From: a plasmid
DNA: 56,207 nucleotides
Sequence record: NZ_CP117815.1
Direction: 5' to 3' (one strand)
The notes beneath the pieces were generated by a model. The model did not search any database. It was not told the DNA's origin and saw nothing but the letters and a program-made list of their open reading frames with translations. This document shows positions 27,643 through 37,182 of the stretch, one piece after another. A program made the translations under genes and the position numbers. Each line of letters begins with the position of its first letter. Within the stretch, counting starts at the first letter, position 1.

Positions 27643-27929
27643 GACACTCTATTGTTGTCCTAATGCCGATTATCTCAGTTCTTTTAACTGGCTGTGGCCC
27701 AATGAATTCTAATTTCAGCTGCAATGCCACGGCAGGTGACAGTTGTTTGACGATTGAGCAGGTCGATGCTATGACTCGTTTTGCTGATGATATAAAGCCA
27801 ACAAAGCAGTCTTTGGGCATGATGAAAGCGGAAAATAATATCCCAAATCGCCAAGGGAAAATAATCAAACAAAATAACGGGCAATCTTTATGGGTTGCAC
27901 GAAACATGGAGGAGAAATCATGGGCGTAA
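27639..27929 (+). CDS. traV: TraV (VirB7-like lipoprotein).
   Basis: Lipobox LLTGC and two-Cys motif after the signal peptide. Position between traB and traC as in F. Shorter than F TraV. Confidence 0.65.
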   Translation: MRHSIVVLMPIISVLLTGCGPMNSNFSCNATAGDSCLTIEQVDAMTRFADDIKPTKQSLGMMKAENNIPNRQGKIIKQNNGQSLWVARNMEEKSWA

Positions 27930-30517
27930 ATTTCTCTCTTTGGCGCGATAAAGCGCGAGATTTATTGCATCGTACAAGTCATCTACTTGGAGAAACTTCA
28001 GGAGTGAAACCTGATTCTCTTTGCTCCTATGATAAAGCATATGAGTCGTGTACTTTAGATTTGCCCTCTATCAAAAGCCTTTTACCCTATGAAACGGTGA
28101 ATGAAGCCGGTTTTTTTGTGAATCGCAACTCAATGGGCTTTGGCTTGTTGTTAATGCCCATGTCGGGTGCGGATGAGTCCTTAATGAACAGCCTGTCGCA
28201 ACTGTTTAAAAATAAATTAACTGTAGGGACGGATTGCACGGTGTTGTTGTATAAACACCCATGGATTGGAGAACAACTTGCGCAAAACTATGAGCCTATT
28301 TTAAAACAAGGTGGTATTTATGCTGAGCTTGCACGGGAGACGCTGAAATACCATCTGAATGCCATTAAAAAAGGATATAAAAATGGCCGTAATGTGCCGG
28401 CGGGCTTAAGTGATTATTGTGGTTATCTTTTTGTTTCAAGACCGATGCAATCTGATGTGGAAGGGCAGCTCCAACTGTTGCTAGCCGACTTTGAATCCGA
28501 ACTTAAAGTCGCGGGTTTTGGAATTAGGCGGTGTGGGGAAGATGAATTTAAGGTGCTGATGCGCGCATTAATTTCGCCTGATTTCAATGAGTTGTCCTGG
28601 CCAATCATTAATGAATCAGATGGGTTTATTGCAGAAGCTATACCCTGTCCCTCAACCGTGATTGAAATTGGAGATGAGGCTATCGAGGTATCAATTACTG
28701 ACTCTCAAGCACAAACAGTGCGAACTCGACTGGTTAATTGTGAGGTGAGTCACTACCCAGCCAAGCCATTTGCTTTATGGCAAACACCGGATTTATTTGC
28801 CAACTTGCTTGATACTGAGCAGGGGATCCAATGTCCTTTTTTAATTTCATTCACCATTCGAGGTATGAATCAGGAAAAGATGAAGGCGAAAGCACGTGCT
28901 CGTGCCAAATCCTTAAACGCGAATAATAATCCCGTTCAATCCTTTATTAACCCATCCATTCGTGAGGAAGCAGCCGAGTGGCAATTTGTGCACGATCATG
29001 CATCAAAAGGCGAATTGCACCTTTTACCTACCTTTTATAATGTCATTCTTTATACAACTAGCGACCACGAACGTGAGCATGTTGCCAAGGCAATTGCAAG
29101 TTTTAGGCAAATGGGTTTTACATTAACTCAGAGCCGTTGCAAACAATGGTTAAGATTTTTAGGTTCCCTTCCTTTTATATGTACTTCCGGCCTTTTTTCG
29201 AGTCTTGAGCTCTTGGGCATGACCAAAAAACTGAGTCACGCCAATGTTGCTAATCTTCTGCCGGTCATTGCTGATTTTAAAGGAGCAAGACAGGGGCTCA
29301 TTGTACCTACGTATCGCCATCAACTGTTTTATTTAAATACCTTTGATGACAGGGTTTTGCCCATAACTAATTTTAATCGACTCACAGTGGCTTCCACAGG
29401 AGCTGGTAAATCTTTCTTTGAGCAAGCACAAATTTTGGATGGTTTATCGCGAGGCCAACAAATTTTCGTCATTGATTTAGGCGGCTCTTACAAGCATTTA
29501 TGCGAGATGGTTGGTGGCAGCTACATTGATGCCTCCACTTTGACGCTTAATCCATTTACGCTGTTTGATTTTGATGGGGTCACCGAGATTAAAGGGGAAC
29601 AAGTCAACGATTACATTCAAATCAGAGATTTGTTAGCAATCATGGCAAGCCCGTCAGAGGCATTAGGGGAAGTTCAAAAAGCATGGCTTTTAGATGCTGT
29701 GACTGAATGCTGGAAAGCGCGGGGCCGTCACGCAAAAATGGATGATGTTTTAACCTCACTTCAAAGGATGCTAGAAAAACCTCAATCCCAAGGTGACCAA
29801 CGGCTTAAGGATTTGCTGATTTTGATGAGTAAATATGGAAGTCAGGGCATTTACGGCCACCTCTTTAACAGCGATACACCTCTACTCAATGGTTCCAATT
29901 TGGTGGTTCTTGAAATGGGTGAGCTGGAATCTAACCCTGAACTGCTCACCATTGTCATGTTTGTCATGATCGTGATTATCCAGGGGCAATTTTATCACTC
30001 GGATAGAAGGCGCGAAAAACGATGTATCATTGATGAAGCCTGGCGTTTTTTGGCTCGTGGTTCTAATCCAGTGTGTGCCAGCTTTATCGAGCAGGGCTTT
30101 CGTACTGCAAGAAAGCATATGGGTGGTTTTGCAGTCATCACACAAAACCTTTTAGACACCATGAACACTATTCAGGGACGTGCTATTGCGGCAAGTAGTG
30201 ATACTAAAATCATTATGCGCCAGGGTTCGTTTAAGCAATACCTAGAGGAACATCCAAAGCATTTTAGTCCGCTTGAAGCACGTGTCATCGAATCTTTTGG
30301 TGAGGCAAAAACTCAAGGGTTTTCCAATCTGATGATTCAGTTTGGAAATGTCACCACGTTTCATCGTTATTTTTGCGATCCCTTTTCCCGCGTGCTGTTT
30401 TCAACCTCAGGGGATGAAGTAAGTCTCATTGAGTCGTTAACCAAACAAGGGGTCAGCTTAAGTGAGGCAATAAAACGCGTTGCAAACAAATATTATAGGG
30501 AGGAATTATGCGATTAA
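27920..30517 (+). CDS. traC: TraC (VirB4-family ATPase).
   Basis: Start at ATG 27920 with RBS GGAGAAATC, overlapping the traV stop. Walker A VASTGAGKS. About 866 aa (F TraC 875 aa). Confidence 0.85.
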   Translation: MGVNFSLWRDKARDLLHRTSHLLGETSGVKPDSLCSYDKAYESCTLDLPSIKSLLPYETVNEAGFFVNRNSMGFGLLLMPMSGADESLMNSLSQLFKNKLTVGTDCTVLLYKHPWIGEQLAQNYEPILKQGGIYAELARETLKYHLNAIKKGYKNGRNVPAGLSDYCGYLFVSRPMQSDVEGQLQLLLADFESELKVAGFGIRRCGEDEFKVLMRALISPDFNELSWPIINESDGFIAEAIPCPSTVIEIGDEAIEVSITDSQAQTVRTRLVNCEVSHYPAKPFALWQTPDLFANLLDTEQGIQCPFLISFTIRGMNQEKMKAKARARAKSLNANNNPVQSFINPSIREEAAEWQFVHDHASKGELHLLPTFYNVILYTTSDHEREHVAKAIASFRQMGFTLTQSRCKQWLRFLGSLPFICTSGLFSSLELLGMTKKLSHANVANLLPVIADFKGARQGLIVPTYRHQLFYLNTFDDRVLPITNFNRLTVASTGAGKSFFEQAQILDGLSRGQQIFVIDLGGSYKHLCEMVGGSYIDASTLTLNPFTLFDFDGVTEIKGEQVNDYIQIRDLLAIMASPSEALGEVQKAWLLDAVTECWKARGRHAKMDDVLTSLQRMLEKPQSQGDQRLKDLLILMSKYGSQGIYGHLFNSDTPLLNGSNLVVLEMGELESNPELLTIVMFVMIVIIQGQFYHSDRRREKRCIIDEAWRFLARGSNPVCASFIEQGFRTARKHMGGFAVITQNLLDTMNTIQGRAIAASSDTKIIMRQGSFKQYLEEHPKHFSPLEARVIESFGEAKTQGFSNLMIQFGNVTTFHRYFCDPFSRVLFSTSGDEVSLIESLTKQGVSLSEAIKRVANKYYREELCD

Positions 30518-30843
30518 CTCCTCTATTTTTAGGTTGTGCATTAGCGGTTTTTGGTGTGGTTTTGGGTTTTTATGGTGTATCACCTCAAAAATCGATTGTT
30601 ATTTTTGATAAAAAGGAAGTCTTAAGTCAATTCATTCGCCAATTGGCCGAAGCAAAAGCGACAGAGTCCCAAGTGGAGCAATCAACAAGAAGATTTAATG
30701 CATTACTGAATAAGGTATTGGTTGATACAGCACAGCAAAAGAAAGTCATCATTTTAAGGGCGTCTGATGTTCTTGCCGGAGGTGTTGATATTACGGATGA
30801 GATGCGAATTAAGATGAGCCACGCCATGAGGAACAAATTGTGA
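30508..30843 (+). CDS. trbI: TrbI-like small inner-membrane protein.
   Basis: 111 aa with an N-terminal TM. Position after traC as in F. RBS GGGAGGAA. Confidence 0.5.
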   Translation: MRLTPLFLGCALAVFGVVLGFYGVSPQKSIVIFDKKEVLSQFIRQLAEAKATESQVEQSTRRFNALLNKVLVDTAQQKKVIILRASDVLAGGVDITDEMRIKMSHAMRNKL

Positions 30844-31475
30844 ACATTATTTTTTACTTGTTTCTTCTTATGATTTCAATGGGGCAAGTTCACGCCAAAT
30901 CCTTTGGTGTAGTCGGTGAAGTGTTTCCTATTGCTGAAAAGAGCTTTTTAAGGCTCATTGAAGAACGGTTAGCCTCATTGAAGGCAAGTGGTGAGCTTAA
31001 GTCTTTGAATCAGCGCTGGATTCAAACGGCAGCCGAGCATGCGAATAGGCCACCAGCATTGAACATTGTGCGCACACACCATTCAATTAAACACGAGTAC
31101 GTTCCTGAGATTACCTTAAGCCAAGACATAACCAATGAAAAAGGCCAGATTCTGTATTCAAAAGGAACTCATGTGAATGCGTTACAACATATGCCTTCCT
31201 ATACACCGTGTTGGTTATTCTTTAATGCTGATGATGATGCTCAGTTAAATTGGGCAGATCATCAAAAAACTCAGTGTGCAAACCCTAAATTGATTCTGAC
31301 TGGCGGTGCCGTCAATAAAGCTGAAAAAAGGTTGGACTCGGTGATTTATTTCGACCAGGCAGGGAAAATTACCAGCAAACTGCACATTGGTCACGTTCCA
31401 GCAAAGGTGATACGTCATCAAAACAGCCTTGTCATTCATGAACAAGCAATCAAGGAGAATGGCGATGTACTTTAG
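30840..31475 (+). CDS. traW: TraW (periplasmic pilus assembly protein).
   Basis: 211 aa (F TraW 210 aa) with a signal peptide. GTG start overlapping the upstream stop. Confidence 0.7.
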   Translation: MNIIFYLFLLMISMGQVHAKSFGVVGEVFPIAEKSFLRLIEERLASLKASGELKSLNQRWIQTAAEHANRPPALNIVRTHHSIKHEYVPEITLSQDITNEKGQILYSKGTHVNALQHMPSYTPCWLFFNADDDAQLNWADHQKTQCANPKLILTGGAVNKAEKRLDSVIYFDQAGKITSKLHIGHVPAKVIRHQNSLVIHEQAIKENGDVL

Positions 31476-32448
31476 AGTACTGCTTCTAACTGTTTTGTAC
31501 CTTGTGTCCTATCAATCTTCTGCGAAGCTTTGTACAGGACATTTTGTGAACCCTATTACTGATGTATGCTGGCGATGTTTATTCCCCTTATCTATTGGCA
31601 ACGCAAAGGTTGTGAATTCATCACTTCCTGATACTGAAAATGCATCCAGCCCTATAGGCGTTTGTCCAGCCAGCACCGGTGTTCGCTTGGGCTTGAATAT
31701 CGGATTTTGGGAGCCGATGGCGCTTACCGATGTCACGGATACACCTTATTGTCTGGTGAATCTTGGTGGCACTCAATTAAATCTGGGATTAAAGCAGGGA
31801 AGAGGTGGACGCCATGTGGTTGGTAATGGGCAGCAGAGAGCATTTTTTCATGTGCATTGGTATAAATATCCGCTCATTAACTGGCTTAATTTGATTACCT
31901 CTTCAGGTTGCCTGCAAAAAGGTGATTTTGACATTGCTTATCTGACCGAACTTGACCCGACATGGTCTGATTCAGAGATGAGCTTTGTGTTAAGTCCTGA
32001 GTCAGTATTGTTTGGCAACCCTGTGGCCGCAAGTGCGTGTGCTGCGGATGCACTCTCATCTACCATCGCTAGTAAACCACTGGATAGCCTTTTTTGGTGT
32101 GCTGGCAGTCAGGGAACGCATTATCCGATGACAGGACACGTTAATGCGTCTGTATCACCCGTGCAAACAGCGTGGCTTCTGACTGAGCGCATGAATTACA
32201 AAATGCACCGTGAGTTTTTAGTGTCTGACTCAAGCCCTAAATCTGATGCAATTTGCAAAGAGCATTATTACACCGTAACCCCTAAATCACGTTATCGCTA
32301 TGAGCTGGTGAATCAGGTGGCTGATGGCAAGCGTTGTTATCCAGGGGGTTCAAGCACTCTAGCCTGGGAAGCCGGAAAAATCAAGCCGCATACACCTGAC
32401 CAATATGGGTTTTTGGTGTGGCGAAAACGAAACTGTACGTTTCTTTAA
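31465..32448 (+). CDS. traU: TraU.
   Basis: Start at ATG 31465, 7 nt after RBS AAGGAG. Signal peptide MYFRVLLLTVLYLVSYQSSA. About 327 aa (F TraU 330 aa). Cys-rich periplasmic protein. Confidence 0.75.
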   Translation: MYFRVLLLTVLYLVSYQSSAKLCTGHFVNPITDVCWRCLFPLSIGNAKVVNSSLPDTENASSPIGVCPASTGVRLGLNIGFWEPMALTDVTDTPYCLVNLGGTQLNLGLKQGRGGRHVVGNGQQRAFFHVHWYKYPLINWLNLITSSGCLQKGDFDIAYLTELDPTWSDSEMSFVLSPESVLFGNPVAASACAADALSSTIASKPLDSLFWCAGSQGTHYPMTGHVNASVSPVQTAWLLTERMNYKMHREFLVSDSSPKSDAICKEHYYTVTPKSRYRYELVNQVADGKRCYPGGSSTLAWEAGKIKPHTPDQYGFLVWRKRNCTFL

Positions 32449-32461
32449 GCAGGAGTTTGTT

Positions 32462-32884
32462 ATGTTAAGAAAAGGAATTTTGGTATTGATTGGGTCTGTA
32501 ATCATGACCTCATCCTTTGCAGCACAAATATCTGTATTGGTTAGCTTTTCCATACCGGAAACTCTTTTGCAAGAGACATTAAAAGAGAGCGCTCAATTAA
32601 ACATTCCAGCCTATTTAAACGGACTTTATCGTGACTCGATGAGTGAGACGGCACTGAAGGTGATGGCATTAAGCAAGCATATTCCTAATTTGAACTTGGC
32701 AATTGACCCCACTCTGTTTGAGCGTTTCGGAATTCAGCAAGTACCTGCTGTAATTGTTGATGATGGTCAGACCTTTGATGTGATTTATGGCCATTTGAGC
32801 ATTCAAGAAGGATTAGCTCGTATGGCAGGAAGAGGGGATGTTGATTTTACACCAAGGGATATCAGGAGGGTAATCGGTGAGTAA
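32462..32884 (+). CDS. trbC: TrbC (periplasmic).
   Basis: Start at ATG 32462 after RBS AGGAG. Signal peptide MLRKGILVLIGSVIMTSSFA. Position between traU and traN as in F. Confidence 0.6.
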   Translation: MLRKGILVLIGSVIMTSSFAAQISVLVSFSIPETLLQETLKESAQLNIPAYLNGLYRDSMSETALKVMALSKHIPNLNLAIDPTLFERFGIQQVPAVIVDDGQTFDVIYGHLSIQEGLARMAGRGDVDFTPRDIRRVIGE

Positions 32885-34568
32885 AGTCGGACTAATTTTC
32901 TTCTGCATCCTATCTTTCTCTTCTTTTTCTCAAAACCAGGTTGATGCACTTCATGCACGTGATGAAGCCTTGCAAAACTTAAAAGGATTTAATCCAGCAA
33001 CTGCATTAAAAGGCTACACAATAAATCCTCAAGAAACTTCGCTTCAACCGCAAGAAGGAAGCAATCCTTTTGCTTCTCTTGGATTAAATGCACTTAAAAA
33101 CAACTCGACTGCCCATGAGGTTTATAATAAGGCCTTAAACAGATCTCGAGTGCGTGCGAATCCCAACACTCCTGAAATGCAGTATGCTGAAACAATTCTT
33201 GGTGATCCAGATGGCGTCTTGGAAGGTACCTGCTATAAAGAGGCAAGCCACTGCAAAATCGAATCAACAGTTAAATCCTGCGAAGAATCCCTGCAGTACT
33301 CCATGGTTTCTTGCAAAGAGATGACATTGAGTGTGACAGTAAAATCACTCAGTATGAGCTTTTCTCGAACTGTGGTGCCACAACGATATAAGTCAGTGAC
33401 AACATTTGATTTAACAGCTTGTTCCCCAGCTGATAGGCAGTGCTCACCGGCTAATACCGTTATTCTGACACAGCCTTGTGAAGAGATTTCTGTTCATGTC
33501 ACACACCACGGCCAACCTTTGCGTGTGACTAAACAACCGACTTGTACCGACACAACTGTTACAGTGCAACTTTCAGGCAATGGAAGGCTGTCTGTTCCAT
33601 TGCAGGTAACAGTCACAGAATACGTGAGCGATGACCAATGGCAAACACAGGTTTGTGAACCTATTCAATCAGAGAACCTGAATGGCTATTGTTTTTTGGA
33701 AGAGAGTCAAGCGTGTTTAGAGCCTAATCAGGTGAAAGTGATTGGAGGAGTTGCTATTAAACGACCTTGTTGGGGTAGGGCATTACAGTATCAATGTGGA
33801 TCAGTTCAATCCACCACTTGTACTGAGTACATTAATCAGGGTTGCTCGCAAACTGCATCCACCTGTGTAAAGTCAAAAGCTAATCGCTGTGAGCGTTATT
33901 CCCAAACATTCCAATGTATGCAGCAATTTTGTATGCCAGAAAAAACTGCATGCCCGGGAAAAATGTATTGCATCGATGGACAGTGCGACACCTCAAGAGA
34001 TGAAACCAGTGATGACATGGCAGAAGGTATATCAAGGCTTGGGCTACTCGCCGGCGTGGCTGGAGACGTGACTGCAAACCAGGTTAGGAGCGGAACTCCT
34101 GCAATTTTTAACGGAAGTGCGCAAGAATGTAAAAAATATCCTCTGGGTTTTCGCGATTGTTGTACTGATTCAGGATGGGGTGATTGGGTAAAACATTGTC
34201 CGGAAGCACTGCAGGTGCTTCAACGTGCAAAACATGAAAACCGTGTGGTGTATTTAGGCTCTTATAAAAACCATAAATTAGGTGCTCGACATTATACCTT
34301 TTGCATATTTCCTACTAAATTAGCATCAATTGTTCAAATTCAGGGGCGTGGGGGGCAATTAGGTATTCCGTATGGAACAGCACAGTATCCTGATTGTCGA
34401 GGACTTACCCCTGAAGAACTCGAACGCATTAATTTCGCCTCATTGGATTTATCACCCATCCAGGAAGAGCTGGTGGCTCGCATGGTCTTGCCTAAGAATG
34501 ATTCTCTTAAACAGACCAACCAATCCCATATTGAACGATTAAAGCAACAGGGGCGTGCTCATGATTAA
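32877..34568 (+). CDS. traN: TraN (outer-membrane mating-pair stabilisation protein).
   Basis: 563 aa. Signal peptide followed by a very Cys-rich sequence, especially the C-terminal third, as in F TraN. GTG start with RBS AGGAGGG. Confidence 0.8.
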   Translation: MSKVGLIFFCILSFSSFSQNQVDALHARDEALQNLKGFNPATALKGYTINPQETSLQPQEGSNPFASLGLNALKNNSTAHEVYNKALNRSRVRANPNTPEMQYAETILGDPDGVLEGTCYKEASHCKIESTVKSCEESLQYSMVSCKEMTLSVTVKSLSMSFSRTVVPQRYKSVTTFDLTACSPADRQCSPANTVILTQPCEEISVHVTHHGQPLRVTKQPTCTDTTVTVQLSGNGRLSVPLQVTVTEYVSDDQWQTQVCEPIQSENLNGYCFLEESQACLEPNQVKVIGGVAIKRPCWGRALQYQCGSVQSTTCTEYINQGCSQTASTCVKSKANRCERYSQTFQCMQQFCMPEKTACPGKMYCIDGQCDTSRDETSDDMAEGISRLGLLAGVAGDVTANQVRSGTPAIFNGSAQECKKYPLGFRDCCTDSGWGDWVKHCPEALQVLQRAKHENRVVYLGSYKNHKLGARHYTFCIFPTKLASIVQIQGRGGQLGIPYGTAQYPDCRGLTPEELERINFASLDLSPIQEELVARMVLPKNDSLKQTNQSHIERLKQQGRAHD

Positions 34569-35301
34569 TAGGATGCTAATTGTTTTTTTGCTACTTAGTG
34601 GGGTTGCGTTTGCTGATAAACCGGTGGGTTTTCTATGGTATACAAAAGAAAGGGAAACAAAAAGAGTCGAGAAAAAAACCTCGGGTATTCCTTTTAAGAG
34701 TCTAAGCTATACAGAGCGCGATGCTGTTCTGCGCTTCTACACCATGGAAGCGCTTCATAAAGCACGGTACACCAAAAAGATGGAGGACATGCGCGTATTT
34801 TTAAGTCTGCAAGATTACTGGCTTAAAGAGTCCTCCCGATTTAAGTCATTGTTTCAGAAAACGATGTTGGCACATCCAGAATATGATTATGCAGTGACTC
34901 ATCCGACTTCTAATCTGGGCGCAAAAATCACCGATGAGGTGCGCGAATCCCAAACCATAGAAGTTATAAACCGCTTGTCCAAATCACATGGCTTGTTGTT
35001 TTTTTATCGTGGAAAAAGCCCTTATGACTTAAAGCAAATACCCATTATTGTTGATTTTTGCAAGCGATTTCGCATTCAACTGATCCCAGTTAGTGTTGAT
35101 GGCGCAACCTCTCCCGAACTGCTGAATTCTCGAATGGATCAAGGGCAAGCTAATCGATTGGGTGTTCGTTATTTTCCAGCACTGCTGTTGGTGAATCCTG
35201 CAAGCCAACAGGTTTCACCTGTGGCATATGGCTTAACTACGCAGGATGTCTTGATGGAACGTATAAAACAAGTGGTCAACCAATTTAAAGGAGAGGAATA
35301 A
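34561..35301 (+). CDS. traF: TraF (thioredoxin-fold periplasmic pilus assembly protein, no CxxC).
   Basis: Signal peptide then a thioredoxin-like fold without an active-site CxxC. Position and size (F TraF 247 aa). Confidence 0.7.
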   Translation: MINRMLIVFLLLSGVAFADKPVGFLWYTKERETKRVEKKTSGIPFKSLSYTERDAVLRFYTMEALHKARYTKKMEDMRVFLSLQDYWLKESSRFKSLFQKTMLAHPEYDYAVTHPTSNLGAKITDEVRESQTIEVINRLSKSHGLLFFYRGKSPYDLKQIPIIVDFCKRFRIQLIPVSVDGATSPELLNSRMDQGQANRLGVRYFPALLLVNPASQQVSPVAYGLTTQDVLMERIKQVVNQFKGEE

Positions 35302-35807
35302 TGTTTGCCCGTGTATTTTTGATTGTGATGTTCGCTTTTATTGGCTTGGGTGCTAAGGCCGAAGGATCTCAATGGCTAACTAACCTGATTGCCGAACAAG
35401 AAGGTTTAGTAACGCACCAACGAGAAGAGCCACAAAATACAAAAAGAAAGGGATTTTTTAGCACCCATGGATTGATTTTGTTTTATGGAAGCCAATGCCC
35501 ACATTGCAAGCGGTTTGCACCGATATTAAAAGGGTGGGCAAATCGCAACAAAGCAGAAGTCTTGCCTTTGTCGTTGGATAATCAACCATTGCCTGAATTT
35601 CCAAAATTTTTACCGGCAACTACAGAGTGGATTAATGCGGCATTTGGTGGTAATTCCATTAATTATCCGGCACTTTTTGTGGTTAACCCTAAAACAAAAA
35701 CATTATATCCAGTGGGTTTTGGTTCCATGACGAACGCTGAACTGAACGACCGAATGGCTGTACTCATTTCAAAAATCAAAGCGTATGAAATCAAGGGGAG
35801 ACTGTAA
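35301..35807 (+). CDS. trbB: TrbB (thioredoxin-like disulfide isomerase).
   Basis: CPHC active site within FYGSQCPHCKRFAPIL. 168 aa (F TrbB 181 aa). ATG overlaps the traF stop. Confidence 0.75.
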   Translation: MFARVFLIVMFAFIGLGAKAEGSQWLTNLIAEQEGLVTHQREEPQNTKRKGFFSTHGLILFYGSQCPHCKRFAPILKGWANRNKAEVLPLSLDNQPLPEFPKFLPATTEWINAAFGGNSINYPALFVVNPKTKTLYPVGFGSMTNAELNDRMAVLISKIKAYEIKGRL

Positions 35808-37171
35808 TGAAAAAAGCCGTTATAACTCTGTTTTTATGGGCTTTTTTCCCTGTTGTTCAGGCTAATGTAAGTCAAGATCTCGATAATTTCTTTAACGGGA
35901 TGGGCTATGCGTCTAATGTGACTTCGCCCGATGCCTTTGAATCTCAAGCTGCAGGATTTTTTGGTGGGGGTTCACTCTATGCTCGTAATCAGGTACGTCA
36001 GTATCAGTTGGTGCAATTGGATTTGCCCAGTTACCGTGCTGGATGTGGAGGCATTGATTTATATACTGGCAGTATGAGTTTTTTAAGTGAGCAAAAGCTT
36101 GTTGATTTGGGAAAATCGGTGATGACCAATGCTGGTGCTTATGCAGTGGATGTGATGCTTGCCTCTACGGTTCCTGAACTGAAACAGGTAAGGGATTATT
36201 TGCAGCAATTGGAACAAATGGCTAACCAGGCCAGCATTAACTCCTGTCAGCTCTCACAAAACATGGTGGGAGGCATTTGGCCAAAAACCGCAGAAAGTCA
36301 ACAAAAAATCTGTAAAGACCAGGCGGCCATGGGAAAAGAGGGATTGTTCAGTGATTATGTGAAGGCGCGAATGGTTTGCGCAGGTACTGGCTTTGATAAT
36401 GTGATGAGCAAAGCATCTCAAGATCCTGAGCGTAAAAAGCAGGTGGTTTTAAATAAAAATCTTGTATGGTCACTGTTGCAAGCCAAATCATTCTTAAACA
36501 GTGACAGAGAGTTGGCTGAAATGGTGATGAGTTTAACTGGGACACTGATTATTGACAAAGAAGGTAAGGTAACCAACGTACCTTCCCTTGCTGGAAATGC
36601 TGATTTAGTGAATGCGCTAATTGGTACTGGAAATGGCCCGAGATCTGCAAAGATATGGCGTTGCAAGGATGCGGGCAGCAATAGCCAATGTATGCAGGTG
36701 AGTTTGCAAGATATCACCATTCAAGAAACTTCAACGCTTACCTATAAAGTACGCGAGATTATTCGCACCATCAATACCAAACTCATTAATGACGAAAAAC
36801 CTGGTAATCGTGAGCTTAATTTTTTAAGTATGACATCGCTGCCTGTGATGAAGTTTTTGTCGGTATTAAACAGCATGCACTATGGCAGTAGTGCGGTAGA
36901 CATAGAAGAGTATTCAATGCTGATAGCCCAGGACTTGTTAACTAATTACCTAATCGAATTACTGCGTGAGGTCAGTGTAGCCACAGCAGGGTCTGAATTA
37001 AATACCGATTTGGTCAAAGAAATTCAAAAGCGCATTAATGAAGCAACCACACACGTGGAATCACTTGATCCAAAGGTAGGTCGCAAACTACAAGAAAAAC
37101 TCAACCTGATTGAGCGTATGGCGCAAATTGAAAAACAGGTCTCTTCTCAAATGAACAGTACTGCGGGTTAA
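35807..37171 (+). CDS. traH: TraH.
   Basis: 454 aa (F TraH 458 aa) with a signal peptide. Position before traG. Confidence 0.8.
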   Translation: MKKAVITLFLWAFFPVVQANVSQDLDNFFNGMGYASNVTSPDAFESQAAGFFGGGSLYARNQVRQYQLVQLDLPSYRAGCGGIDLYTGSMSFLSEQKLVDLGKSVMTNAGAYAVDVMLASTVPELKQVRDYLQQLEQMANQASINSCQLSQNMVGGIWPKTAESQQKICKDQAAMGKEGLFSDYVKARMVCAGTGFDNVMSKASQDPERKKQVVLNKNLVWSLLQAKSFLNSDRELAEMVMSLTGTLIIDKEGKVTNVPSLAGNADLVNALIGTGNGPRSAKIWRCKDAGSNSQCMQVSLQDITIQETSTLTYKVREIIRTINTKLINDEKPGNRELNFLSMTSLPVMKFLSVLNSMHYGSSAVDIEEYSMLIAQDLLTNYLIELLREVSVATAGSELNTDLVKEIQKRINEATTHVESLDPKVGRKLQEKLNLIERMAQIEKQVSSQMNSTAG

Positions 37172-37182
37172 GGAGACAATAG